NCBI GenBank assembly: GCA_039589315.1
Contig: JBDHHQ010000022.1
Coordinates: 1 to 56,242, forward strand
Reading direction: 5' to 3'
Origin: Gemmatimonadota bacterium
GTDB lineage: Bacteria; Gemmatimonadota; Gemmatimonadetes; Longimicrobiales; Gaopeijiaceae
Length of the DNA stretch: 56,242 nt
The notes below the pieces were generated by a model. The model had not been told where the DNA came from. It worked only from the letters and a program-made list of their open reading frames with translations, and did no database searches. The position numbers were made by a program, and so were the translations under genes. This document shows, piece by piece, positions 41,065-50,493 of the stretch; positions within the stretch are counted from its first letter, which is position 1; each line of letters begins with the position of its first letter.

Positions 41065-42303
41065 ATGTCAGGCTCGACGATTCGCATCCTGCTGGTTCCC
41101 CTGGCGCTCACGTGCGCCCTTTCCTCGTGCTCCACCACCCAGCGGCTCGTGGACCGTGCCGGCTACGCCGCCGAGCGCGAGGCGGGCGAACGAGTCGACC
41201 GCGGAGTCTCTGCGGGGGCCGACGCCGCCGAAGACGCGGTGGTATCGGGAGGTGGAGGGGATGAGGCGAGCTCCTCCGGCGTCGCGACCGGCACGAGCTC
41301 GCCCGGCAACGCCGGCAATCGGCCGGGGAGCGATTCGTCGCGCCCGTCCGCTTCGACCAACAACGACTTCGAGCCGGGGGCTCGGACGCTGGTGCTCAAC
41401 GACTTCACGGACGACAACGTCGGCGACTTCCCGCGTCACTTCGAGCTGATCGACGGCAGCTTCGAAATCGTCGAGTGGGACGGCGGGCGGTACCTGCGCG
41501 CCCTGTCCGGCGGCATCTTCGCGATTCCGCTGCCCGAAACGCTGCCCGAGCAGTTCACGCTCGAGACGGCGGTGAGCGTCCAGCACGGCAACGGCTCGGT
41601 GGAGGTCATGCCCGGGCAGTGGTTCCGCAGCAGGCGCGACTATCGTGGGTCCGCCGTAGCCGTGAGGTACGATCAGGCCGGCGTGCAGGCCATCCAGGAG
41701 ACGGGACCATCGGCCATGAGGATTCACGATCCGGGCATCGTGCGAGATCAGGTGGCACCACTTCAGGTCATGGCCGACGGCGAGCACATGAAGGTGTACC
41801 TGGACGGCCGGCGCATCGCCAACGTGCCCAACTCGGTCTTTCCGCGTACCGACACGTTGTTCATGGCCGTCGATTATGCGTACGACGACAACCCCATCCT
41901 GATCGCTCCCATCCGGATCGCTTCAGGGGGCCGTGACCTGTACGGCGCTCTGGAGCGCGACGGCCGGGTGGCTCTGGAGGGCATCTACTTCGACACGGAC
42001 AGCGACCGCCTCCGATCCGAATCCCATGCTACGCTGGCCGAGGTCGGGGCCATGCTGAACGAGCATCCCGATCTCAGCCTGTCGGTCGAAGGCCACACGG
42101 ATAGCCAGGGCGACGACGCGTACAACCTCGACCTCAGTGACCGCAGGGCCGCGTCGGTCCGCCGCTACCTGATCAGCGAGCTCGGGATCGAGGCAGTTCG
42201 GTTGAGCTCACGCGGGCTGGGCGAGACGCAGCCGGTGGCGTCGAACGACACCCCGGATGGACGTCAGCAGAACCGGCGGGTGGAGCTGGTCCGGATGCCG
42301 TAG
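41065..42303 (+). CDS. OmpA-family lipoprotein with N-terminal beta-sandwich domain
   Basis: Lipobox ALSSC; IYFDTDS, VEGHTDSQG, LSDRRA, NRRVEL. Confidence 0.88.
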   Translation: MSGSTIRILLVPLALTCALSSCSTTQRLVDRAGYAAEREAGERVDRGVSAGADAAEDAVVSGGGGDEASSSGVATGTSSPGNAGNRPGSDSSRPSASTNNDFEPGARTLVLNDFTDDNVGDFPRHFELIDGSFEIVEWDGGRYLRALSGGIFAIPLPETLPEQFTLETAVSVQHGNGSVEVMPGQWFRSRRDYRGSAVAVRYDQAGVQAIQETGPSAMRIHDPGIVRDQVAPLQVMADGEHMKVYLDGRRIANVPNSVFPRTDTLFMAVDYAYDDNPILIAPIRIASGGRDLYGALERDGRVALEGIYFDTDSDRLRSESHATLAEVGAMLNEHPDLSLSVEGHTDSQGDDAYNLDLSDRRAASVRRYLISELGIEAVRLSSRGLGETQPVASNDTPDGRQQNRRVELVRMP

Positions 42304-42353
42304 GGACCCGCAACCCAACGGAGTCGCCCCCACACGCTTAGATGGAGGACCCC

Positions 42354-43589
42354 ATGTTTCGCCTCGGATCCCTCGCCACTGCGCTCACCCTGATCCTGCT
42401 CGTGGTCCCCACGCTGTCGGCCCAGGAGCCGCCGGACAGGTCAATGCCCGGGGTCGACTGCGATTCGATCTGCCTGATCTTCCCCGACCAGGCGCCGGCT
42501 GAGTGTGCGTGTGGGATTGATGTCGTCACGGGCGGGACCGGAGGTGCAACGAGCGGAGGCGGTACGACAGTCGCGGACCCGGCAGCGGCCGCCCTGATCG
42601 AGAAGATGCAGGCGGCGTTCCGGGAGGCTACGGCCGGTATCGAGAACTACACCCTCATCGAAGTGTCGTGGGCGAGCGGCGTCCAGCTAGGCCCACCGGC
42701 GCCCCTCTACTACGAGATGACGGACGTGGACGGCGAACCGGTGCCCCGGCAGGTGCCCCAAGACGAGTTGGCCCACCGACAGGCGGTGGCGAGTGGTCAG
42801 CCGACGCCGGACCAGGTGGCCAGCGGACTCTCTGACATGTTTCGGATTCTCGGTGAGGGAATTGGGGACGGCCACACCCCCACAGACGAGGGTGAAGCAA
42901 CGTTCATCGACCTCTTCAACGCGGTCGCCGCCACTGGAATCGCGCAGGACGCTGCGCATGAGCTCGACAACATCGTCGGCGAAATGGCCTCGGCAGATGA
43001 GGACAACCTTGTGGACCGGCTCATGGACATGAAGGAGCTGGGAGAGCGATTGCGGCTCCGGATGTCGCAACCGTGTGAAACGTTCCCCGGGGACGACATC
43101 CTCGAGCGAGCCAGCCTGGTAGGATTGCAGTGCTTGGAACTGGGTGCGAACGCCGAGGATCTGTCAGGTCTCGATCTCGGAGTAGGATGGAAGGACTCCG
43201 AGCTCATGGAGGTGAAGGTCGTCATCGCGGGCACCCGGCCGGCCGGATCCGAGGCTCTCGAGAAGTACACCTGCTTGCTCGACTGCCACCTGATACAGGA
43301 GGACGTACAGACAGGAATCGAACCCCTAACCATCCCCCTCTCTACCACCTTCGTGGTCAAGACGAGAAATGGGCCGGTAAAGATCCAAAGGTCTGCCACG
43401 GCCGCCGACGTTGCGGACAGCAGAACGCCCTTCATCCCACGCCGAACCCAATCCAAGATCATCGGCATCCGCGGCCTTCAAGAAATCACGACCGAGGTCT
43501 TCCAAGTCATTCCCAACGAAGGTTGGCTCGATTCTGACAGAACGGCTCAGGAGGTCTACAAGGTGCTGCAGCAGATCCAGAACAACTAG
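42354..43589 (+). CDS. Secreted hypothetical protein with Cys-rich N-terminus
   Basis: GGAGG RBS, signal peptide ending LSA-Q, CDSIC...CAC. Confidence 0.7.
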   Translation: MFRLGSLATALTLILLVVPTLSAQEPPDRSMPGVDCDSICLIFPDQAPAECACGIDVVTGGTGGATSGGGTTVADPAAAALIEKMQAAFREATAGIENYTLIEVSWASGVQLGPPAPLYYEMTDVDGEPVPRQVPQDELAHRQAVASGQPTPDQVASGLSDMFRILGEGIGDGHTPTDEGEATFIDLFNAVAATGIAQDAAHELDNIVGEMASADEDNLVDRLMDMKELGERLRLRMSQPCETFPGDDILERASLVGLQCLELGANAEDLSGLDLGVGWKDSELMEVKVVIAGTRPAGSEALEKYTCLLDCHLIQEDVQTGIEPLTIPLSTTFVVKTRNGPVKIQRSATAADVADSRTPFIPRRTQSKIIGIRGLQEITTEVFQVIPNEGWLDSDRTAQEVYKVLQQIQNN

Positions 43590-43641
43590 GGAACTCCGCC
43601 GCGTAGCGATGGGCTTATTCCACCATCCACGTGAGGTCCCG

Positions 43642-44622
43642 ATGAACGCATTCCTGTGGTGCTCGACGCTGCTAGCGGGGCTCACTGCCTGCGCGGGGGA
43701 CGCGCCCGATGAAGCCGCCGAGACCAGTCCCGACGACCAGGTCGCGCTCAAGAGCCAGCCAACCGCCGCACCACTGAGCTACGTCGCCGAGGGCGACACG
43801 ATCGTGCTGCGCCTCGACATGGAGCGGATCAGACGCTCCAGTCTCGCGGACGAGATCGGGACCTGGCTCGAGGGCAATGAGACGTGGGGAACGGTGCTGA
43901 GCCGGGCGGGCATCGATCCGGTGCAGGACTTCGACCGCCTTCTCGCCGTCGCACCCACCTCGGACCCGGCCGAGTCGGTCGTGTTTGCGCGCCACCGTCT
44001 GTCGCCGGACCGGATCCGACAGGCCGTGGGCGCGGCTACCGGCAGCCAGGTCGCCTGGCGCCAGGTCCAGGGCTTCGAAGCGGCACGAATCTCCGTGGGT
44101 TCGGACGACGCGAGAGTCGTGGTGCTCACCGCGCCCAACGAGCTCGTAGTGACGAGTCCCGCCCTGTTCGACCGCGTCCTTCGAGTCGCACAGGACCATC
44201 GGGAGCAGAGAGAGGTCGAGGAGCTGGTCGAGCCGGCGCTGGCGTTCGACGACGGCACCATCGCCACCGTGGTTGCCTACCGGCTGAACGGCTGGGCACG
44301 CGAGCGGATCCCCGATCCTCCGCCGGAGGCCCTCGACCTGACGGTCACGGACAACGGACAGGCCCAGGGACGCGTTCACGTGCACGCCAATGGCACCTAC
44401 GCAGATCCCGCCGCGGCAGCTGCGGCCGGCAACGCGTTGTGCGAGCAACGCGACCTCTACGCCAACCACATGTTGGTCGCTGCCGCCGGGCTGAACGACG
44501 AGATCGGCAAAACCCAGATCCAGACCACCGGCAACGAGCTCGACGTTCGTACGTCCTTCACGGAAGGCGACATCGAACGGGTGATCGGCATGGTGGCGAT
44601 GATGCGGCAGTTCGGACGGTGA
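43642..44622 (+). CDS. Hypothetical lipoprotein
   Basis: GAGG RBS, lipobox LTAC; stop overlaps next ATG. Confidence 0.75.
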   Translation: MNAFLWCSTLLAGLTACAGDAPDEAAETSPDDQVALKSQPTAAPLSYVAEGDTIVLRLDMERIRRSSLADEIGTWLEGNETWGTVLSRAGIDPVQDFDRLLAVAPTSDPAESVVFARHRLSPDRIRQAVGAATGSQVAWRQVQGFEAARISVGSDDARVVVLTAPNELVVTSPALFDRVLRVAQDHREQREVEELVEPALAFDDGTIATVVAYRLNGWARERIPDPPPEALDLTVTDNGQAQGRVHVHANGTYADPAAAAAAGNALCEQRDLYANHMLVAAAGLNDEIGKTQIQTTGNELDVRTSFTEGDIERVIGMVAMMRQFGR

Positions 44623-47600
44623 TGGAGCGCCGCTTCGCGTGGCTCGCCACCCTGATCGCCGTCACGGGCTGTTCAGCGCCCGGCGCCGACGTGAAGCTTG
44701 CCGACAGACCGGGCGACTGCGAGAGCGAAGCGTATCCTTGTTCGTGGGACGACGTCGACCCTCAGGTGTGGCAACGAACGGTTGCGTTGGCCGACCCGGC
44801 CCTGGAGCGCATGTACCAGCAGTCTCCGAGTGCCCTTTGGGAGTGGCTGCAGACCGTGCCCGACGTCGCCGATGCGGGGCTCGCAGCCGCGGACTCTTCC
44901 TTGGTCTGGTTCCGTCTGCATGGCGGGCGACCGGCTTACGTGATGGGGCCGCACGTGCATCGCACACCCGCATCGGGCCCAGGGTCTGAGCTGGAATCGG
45001 TCGGCAGCGAGCTTCTGGACGAGGGTCCGCTCCTGGCCGGATTCGCACTTCCTCTCTTCGGACGCTCTACTCGCGTCTGGGACGCCGGGGCCACGTTGCC
45101 ACACCCCAGCGCCGAGGTGACGGGCCGCGACCGCAACGAGGACACCCGGGTCAACCAACGCGATCAGCGCAGCGCCCTCGTGATGGATCCGTTCTACTTC
45201 GAGAAATGCTATGGGTCCATCGAGGATCGTTTCGACACCGTCCCCGAGAAGAAGCAACACAGGGACGCCATCACCGCCATCTGCGAGGGTCGCGCCGAGC
45301 CCGAGAGCCTCGGCCTGACGGACGGCCAGATCTACGCCTACGGAAGACAGGTAAAGGCCGAGCTCGAGGCGATCGACGAGTATCGGGGCAACGTCACCTT
45401 GCTCGAGGATATGGCCGCGGACCATCGCGTCATCAAGACGTGGAGCGACTACGACGTGGTCCACGTGACCGCCCACGGAGCACAGGATATGGTGGGCTTC
45501 GGGTGGTTGTTTCCGACAACAGACGACGAGCCGGTCCCTCTGTTGAAGCCGTTTCCTGGCGCTCTGCCGATCTTCTCGAATGCTGGGAGGTTCGGCCCCA
45601 AGCGGGGAGCCTGGGCCGCTGACGCATATTATTTCCAGTCCCAGCTTTCGTCGGGTTTGGACCGGACGTTGGTGTTCCTGGCGACGTGCAGCTCTCTCGA
45701 GGGTCCGGTGTCGGAGCTTCAGCTGATCCAACACCTCGCCAGCGAGACCTCGGGCGTGCTGGGGTGGACCAACCTGGTGGACTACGACGACAACGCCTTC
45801 CTGGGTCCGAGGGTTTACGATCTCCTCGGTCGAGGCTGGACGGTACGACAGGCGTTGGACACGCTGCGCCTCCGGAGGTCCCAGTTCCTGCAGGCCGGGG
45901 CCGACCTCAATCAGGCCTACGTGACCACTGAATTACTGGACTACGCGGGAGAAGACCTTCGCATTCTCGAGGTGGTCCGCCTCATCGATCCGGCGAACGC
46001 AGCAGGCGGCACGCTCAACCAAGGACTCCTGGACGGCGCGCCTTTGAATCGCTTCCTGGCGGGGCGGCTCGGCGACGAGGTCGAAGACACGCTCACCGTG
46101 GACGCGGAAGTCAGGGCGGTCACGGATCAGCAAGTTCAGCTCATCGACGTCCAATTGGAGTTGGACGGAACACCGATTGGGCAGCCCCTTCCCCTCGATC
46201 CAGAGAAACGCGTGGGAGCAAACCGGTTCCGTGTGCGGTTCGATAGGGTCCTCGTGGGGAAGGATCTGGAGCCCCACACCGACTACGAGCTCGAGGCCAT
46301 AGCGTCGCTACCCGAAGGCGGACAGAGCCGGTATGCCGTACGCCTCCGAGGGGTCGCGCCCTACGCGGTGATTACCGAGCTCTCCACGGGAGCCGGAGAA
46401 TCGGGGGGCTCGCCCGACGTCACGACAGGACCGGGCCCATCGGGCGCCGAGGTGGACCAACCGCTCGGTATTCAGCTCGACAGCGTCCCACCCGGCCGGC
46501 TCTTCGAGGGAGCGACGACGCGATATCCATACGATCCCAGTCTGACCGAGCCGTGCGTGCTCTCGGTGGGGAATCTGTACAACGCACAGGGAGACATGTT
46601 GGGCTTCCGGATGGACCACGAGGGTCCGATCGGCCCCGGAGACTACCCGGTAACAGACGGCCGCCAGCGCGAACTCAAATACGCTGAGCCACTCCCCCCC
46701 GGACAGGTCGAAGCCGGGTTCGTTCTGGGATTCCTGAACCAGCCCCCGGCCGATCAGCTCCAGGCGTTCACAGGAGTCGCCGGAACGCTCACAGTGCACT
46801 CGGTGGCCGGACGCTTCGTGACCGGCACGCTATACCTGACGGGCGAGAACGACAGAGCCCGCGCCATCGCCCGAGGGTGGGAAGAGCCCCCAGCGAATTA
46901 CCTGGCCGGCGCGGCAATCCGGGTGGAGTTCGGGCTGTTCATGCAGGATCCCAGCGACCCGATGCACGATAGCGGCGCGATCAACTGTCTGACCTCGGAG
47001 CCCAACGGCGGTGGGGGCGGATCGACCACGGGCTCGGAGGACTCGTCATCCGACCCGGGTGACGACTCCGAGGGGTCCTCCGGGTCCTCGGGCTCTGGCG
47101 AATCAGAAGGTGCCGGAGGATCTCCCGAGGAGGGCTCACCAAAACCCGGATCAGACCAGCCATCCGATCCCTCTGACGATCCGTCGAGCGCCGCCCGCCC
47201 TTCCGAATCCGACGTCGCCAATCTCGGCCCAGGTGAAACTCGGTGGGTTCGGGTGCACGCTGAAGGCCGCCCCGACCTCTCGTTCTACGGCAGCGACGTC
47301 GACGGGTCGGCTGGGGTCCTCTTCAGTTGCCACGGAACGGCGGCGCCGGCGTCGATCGCCCTGTTCAAGGGCGAGCCTGGTATGGGTGAGCTCGAGCTGG
47401 GCGCCCTGACGTCCGCGATCCCCGAGAGCGCGACGGGGAGCTTCCCGCTGGCCCTGACACAGTACGTCGTCGGCGGCCAGGAGCTGGAGTGGACGGAAAC
47501 GGGATCGCTCGAGATCACGAGGCACGATGCGTCCGCGGATCCGGCCTCACGTCGTATTGCGGGGCGCATCGTCGGCTTGAGCATGAGGGACGGACCTCGG

Positions 47601-47666
47601 AGCGATCCGATCCCCATCGAGGCCGACTTCGATATGAACGCCGCGTGTGTGGAGTTCGGACGATGA
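44622..47666 (+). CDS. Large multidomain lipoprotein (1014 aa) with putative clan CD (caspase/CHAT/gingipain-like) cysteine peptidase domain
   Basis: Lipobox VTGC; DVVHVTAHG and TLVFLATCSS motifs; Ser/Gly/Asp linker; start at TGATG overlap. Confidence 0.7.
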   Translation: MERRFAWLATLIAVTGCSAPGADVKLADRPGDCESEAYPCSWDDVDPQVWQRTVALADPALERMYQQSPSALWEWLQTVPDVADAGLAAADSSLVWFRLHGGRPAYVMGPHVHRTPASGPGSELESVGSELLDEGPLLAGFALPLFGRSTRVWDAGATLPHPSAEVTGRDRNEDTRVNQRDQRSALVMDPFYFEKCYGSIEDRFDTVPEKKQHRDAITAICEGRAEPESLGLTDGQIYAYGRQVKAELEAIDEYRGNVTLLEDMAADHRVIKTWSDYDVVHVTAHGAQDMVGFGWLFPTTDDEPVPLLKPFPGALPIFSNAGRFGPKRGAWAADAYYFQSQLSSGLDRTLVFLATCSSLEGPVSELQLIQHLASETSGVLGWTNLVDYDDNAFLGPRVYDLLGRGWTVRQALDTLRLRRSQFLQAGADLNQAYVTTELLDYAGEDLRILEVVRLIDPANAAGGTLNQGLLDGAPLNRFLAGRLGDEVEDTLTVDAEVRAVTDQQVQLIDVQLELDGTPIGQPLPLDPEKRVGANRFRVRFDRVLVGKDLEPHTDYELEAIASLPEGGQSRYAVRLRGVAPYAVITELSTGAGESGGSPDVTTGPGPSGAEVDQPLGIQLDSVPPGRLFEGATTRYPYDPSLTEPCVLSVGNLYNAQGDMLGFRMDHEGPIGPGDYPVTDGRQRELKYAEPLPPGQVEAGFVLGFLNQPPADQLQAFTGVAGTLTVHSVAGRFVTGTLYLTGENDRARAIARGWEEPPANYLAGAAIRVEFGLFMQDPSDPMHDSGAINCLTSEPNGGGGGSTTGSEDSSSDPGDDSEGSSGSSGSGESEGAGGSPEEGSPKPGSDQPSDPSDDPSSAARPSESDVANLGPGETRWVRVHAEGRPDLSFYGSDVDGSAGVLFSCHGTAAPASIALFKGEPGMGELELGALTSAIPESATGSFPLALTQYVVGGQELEWTETGSLEITRHDASADPASRRIAGRIVGLSMRDGPRSDPIPIEADFDMNAACVEFGR

Positions 47667-47673
47667 GGCTTGT

Positions 47674-47874
47674 ATGAAGGGAGCGACGTTTCTCCGGCGC
47701 GTCGGTGTCCTCGGGCTGGAGCCGCTGGACGACTGCGACGACTGCATGCAGTTCGTCGAATCCACGGCCACCGGAGACTTCGCGGGACCCTTCGCCATCG
47801 GCCCGTCACGGCGACTCATCGAGCGCATCAATGAACCGTATGAGACCGTGTACAACTGCAACTCCGGAGGCTGA
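47674..47874 (+). CDS. Small 66-aa ORF (CDDC motif), possibly an internally deleted gene
   Basis: Coding-like GC3 bias; fills the operon gap; its end carries the GGAGG RBS of the next gene. Confidence 0.4.
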   Translation: MKGATFLRRVGVLGLEPLDDCDDCMQFVESTATGDFAGPFAIGPSRRLIERINEPYETVYNCNSGG

Positions 47875-47878
47875 CCAG

Positions 47879-48445
47879 GTGAACACCCTGCGCATGTCCC
47901 TCGCCGTACTGACGCTGATCCCGCTCCTGAGCGCCTGTGGTGGCGACGTCGAGACAGGTGCCTCGGCGGACGCTCCGGTCCAGACGGCACAAGCCGCCCA
48001 AGCCATCATGGGCTCTTTCGAGCTACCCGACACGACGTTCGCCTTCCGATTGACTCGGTGCGATCTGACCGGAACGGCTCAGGACGGCATCCTCCTGAGG
48101 GGTAGCGGCACCATGCCCGACGGCTCCATGCTCCTGCCCGACGGCCGGAGGCTGGGGATCACGGTCGAGCGGCTGACACCCGAGATGGGTGGCCCTGGGT
48201 GGCTCTACGAACGTGCTACCGTGCAGTTCGGCAGCATGATGGACGAGGATGGCTGGGAGGCCACGGCCTCCAGCCAAGATGGCTCAGCCTGGATCGCGGA
48301 GGACTCCCGCACCGCTCTAGACGGCCCGATCATCCAGGTGTCCGGCAACGATTTGATCGTTGCTGCGACGTACAAGCACGCCTCGCGAGACGAGCGGGTC
48401 GAGGGCATGATGCGGGTCACCTGTCCGGCTCCGACGTATCCGTAA
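47879..48445 (+). CDS. Hypothetical lipoprotein
   Basis: GGAGG RBS 8 nt before GTG; lipobox LSAC. Confidence 0.75.
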   Translation: MNTLRMSLAVLTLIPLLSACGGDVETGASADAPVQTAQAAQAIMGSFELPDTTFAFRLTRCDLTGTAQDGILLRGSGTMPDGSMLLPDGRRLGITVERLTPEMGGPGWLYERATVQFGSMMDEDGWEATASSQDGSAWIAEDSRTALDGPIIQVSGNDLIVAATYKHASRDERVEGMMRVTCPAPTYP

Positions 48446-48461
48446 GCTGGGCCCACCGGGC

Positions 48462-48881
48462 TCAGCGGTGGTCGAGCAGCCGGTCGGAGCCATCTGAGAC
48501 CGGAGCGCTGACCGGTACCCCGATCGTTTTGATGATGTGGACCAGGAGCCTGGCCGGCTCCGTGTCGCTGGCGTTGCGCGAGACCATGTGCACGTCGTTC
48601 GGATTCTCGTAGAACACCTCACCGGGCGACAGGGTCACCAGCTCCCCACCCGCGACCTGCATGTCGACCCGGCCCTCGAGCATGTAGACGAAGACATGGG
48701 CCGAGTGGCGGTGTGGCGCCGAGCCCTGGCCGGGCGCGAGGGCGACCTCGAGCACCAGGACCTCCTGGTTCTCGGGGAGCGGCGGAAGCGGGACGTTGAG
48801 CAGCTGTGCCTCGGCCGCGCCGGCCAGCGCAGTGAGGCTGAACAACGTTGCGAGCGCATGCGAACGGATCCAGCACTTCAT
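48462..48881 (-). CDS. Exported cupin domain protein
   Basis: Signal peptide AEA-Q; HRHSAHVFVYMLEG...FYENPNDVH. Confidence 0.85.
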   Translation of the reverse strand: MKCWIRSHALATLFSLTALAGAAEAQLLNVPLPPLPENQEVLVLEVALAPGQGSAPHRHSAHVFVYMLEGRVDMQVAGGELVTLSPGEVFYENPNDVHMVSRNASDTEPARLLVHIIKTIGVPVSAPVSDGSDRLLDHR

Positions 48882-49038
48882 CGGGTGCCTCGCTTCGGTG
48901 GGTTCGATTGCCGGACCTGGCCGGCCCGATCGAGAGACCGGTTCGTCCAGAGGATTGTACGGGCACGGTGGCGACTCGTTGCCACTCCATGAAGCCGCCC
49001 ATGAGCCGCCCCCCTCGGATCCCTCAGAATCTTTTTTC

Positions 49039-49088
49039 TTGCCTCGATCCTGAATTTCGGTGTATATTCGGTTTCGGTATCTGTTCGG
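49039..49088 (+). promoter_or_regulatory. Sigma70 promoter overlapped by two TTCGG-N6-TTCGG direct-repeat boxes (candidate LexA sites)
   Basis: TTGCCT-N18-TATATT; TTCGG at 49056, 49067, 49073, 49084. Confidence 0.65.
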
Positions 49089-49146
49089 TACAGGCCAGCG
49101 CATCCGGCGCTGGCCTTTTCGTCCCCTGGAGCCCGACGTCGACACG

Positions 49147-50493
49147 ATGTCCGACCACCTCCGCCAACGCGCCTACACCCTCCCGGGGCTGGGAAGCCCC
49201 ACGGACGGACACCTGCCGGGCCCCCTTCCCCGCCACGGCAGCCGCAGAGCCCTGTGCCTCTGGCTTCCCACCTTCGAGCTCCGCCTGGAGCTGGTCCGAT
49301 CCCCCGAGCTGGACAGTACTTCGGTAGCTCTCCTGGCTCCGGGAGAAGGCGTGCGCAAAGAGATCTGGCAGGTGTCGGAACGGGCGTGGGACGGGGGCGT
49401 TCGGCCAGGCATGCTCCTCTCCCAGGCCATCTCCTTGTGTCCGGCCCTGACGCTACTGGAACCGGATCCGGCTCACTATGAGGCCACACAGGAAGAGATG
49501 CTGGAGGTGCTGTCCGGCCTCTCTCCCATCGTAGAGCCTTCCGGCCGAGGCCGGGTGTTCGTCGGGACCGATGGCCTGGAGCGCCTGTGCGGGGGTCCGC
49601 TCAACCAGGTACGCCGAGCGCTGCGGGCGCTTCTAGGCGTGTTTCCGAGACCGTTGGTGGCCGCTACCCGGGCGGGATGGGCCGTGGGGAAGTTCGGGGC
49701 CTGGGTAGCGGCCGTCTCGTCCCGTTCGGGAAAGCCGGTGATCATCCCCGAGCACCAGCTGCCCACCTTCCTGGCCCGTTGCCCCGTGTCGTCGCTCCCG
49801 GTGGACGGCCTCATGGTGCAACGCCTGGAACGACTCGAGATCAACACACTGGGGGCCCTGGCCACCCTCCCCGAGCCGGCGCTCATCGGCCAGTTCGGTG
49901 AAGAGGGCCGTCAGGCCCGAGCCTGGGCCACGGGCCGACGCATCGATCCCGTGCGTCCCTGGCACCGCCCCCGGCCCATCCGGGTCTCCCTGGACTTCCC
50001 CACGCCGGTGGGCCAGGTGGAGACCCTGCACGGCGCGTTGGACCGGTTGGTGGAGCGGGCTTTGTCTCGGCCAGCCCGCCGGGGGCGCAGCATCCAGGGC
50101 GTACGCCTGGGCGCCCGCCTCGAAGGCGGCGGCTCCTGGGTCGTGGAAGCCGTCCTCCGAGAGCCCACCGCCGAGCGGGACAGGATCACCTTTCCCCTCA
50201 GGTCCCGCATGTCCCTGGCTCCACCGCCCCGAGCGGTGGAGACCCTTCTGGTCGAGTTCTTCCGGTTCGGCCCGTCCTCGGCCCAATCGGGGCTCTTCGA
50301 CCGTCGGGAAGCCGGCAGTCGGGCAGCTGAGGGCCAGGAGCTCGTGGACGGTGCCGTCCCTGACGCCCTTCGCGACGCCGTGAAGGAGCTCAAGCTCAAG
50401 TTGGGCTATTCGCCGCTGTACCGGGTCGTGGAGGTGGACCCCTGGTCCCGCATCCCGGAGCGCCGCCACGCACTGCTCAATTTCGACCCATGA
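49147..50493 (+). CDS. imuB: ImuB-like catalytically inactive Y-family polymerase
   Basis: CLWLPTF, GVRPGMLLSQA..LCP, SPIVEP; catalytic acidic motifs absent; QSGLF clamp-binding-like motif. Confidence 0.8.
   Translation: MSDHLRQRAYTLPGLGSPTDGHLPGPLPRHGSRRALCLWLPTFELRLELVRSPELDSTSVALLAPGEGVRKEIWQVSERAWDGGVRPGMLLSQAISLCPALTLLEPDPAHYEATQEEMLEVLSGLSPIVEPSGRGRVFVGTDGLERLCGGPLNQVRRALRALLGVFPRPLVAATRAGWAVGKFGAWVAAVSSRSGKPVIIPEHQLPTFLARCPVSSLPVDGLMVQRLERLEINTLGALATLPEPALIGQFGEEGRQARAWATGRRIDPVRPWHRPRPIRVSLDFPTPVGQVETLHGALDRLVERALSRPARRGRSIQGVRLGARLEGGGSWVVEAVLREPTAERDRITFPLRSRMSLAPPPRAVETLLVEFFRFGPSSAQSGLFDRREAGSRAAEGQELVDGAVPDALRDAVKELKLKLGYSPLYRVVEVDPWSRIPERRHALLNFDP

Noticed and set aside
43884..44621. 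N-terminal extension making the large lipoprotein 1260 aa
   Set aside because: Overlaps the upstream lipoprotein out of frame; signal peptide and lipobox start at ATG 44622
47004..47215. Low-complexity repeat-like DNA
   Set aside because: Encodes a Ser/Gly/Asp/Pro linker; no regular repeat-spacer structure
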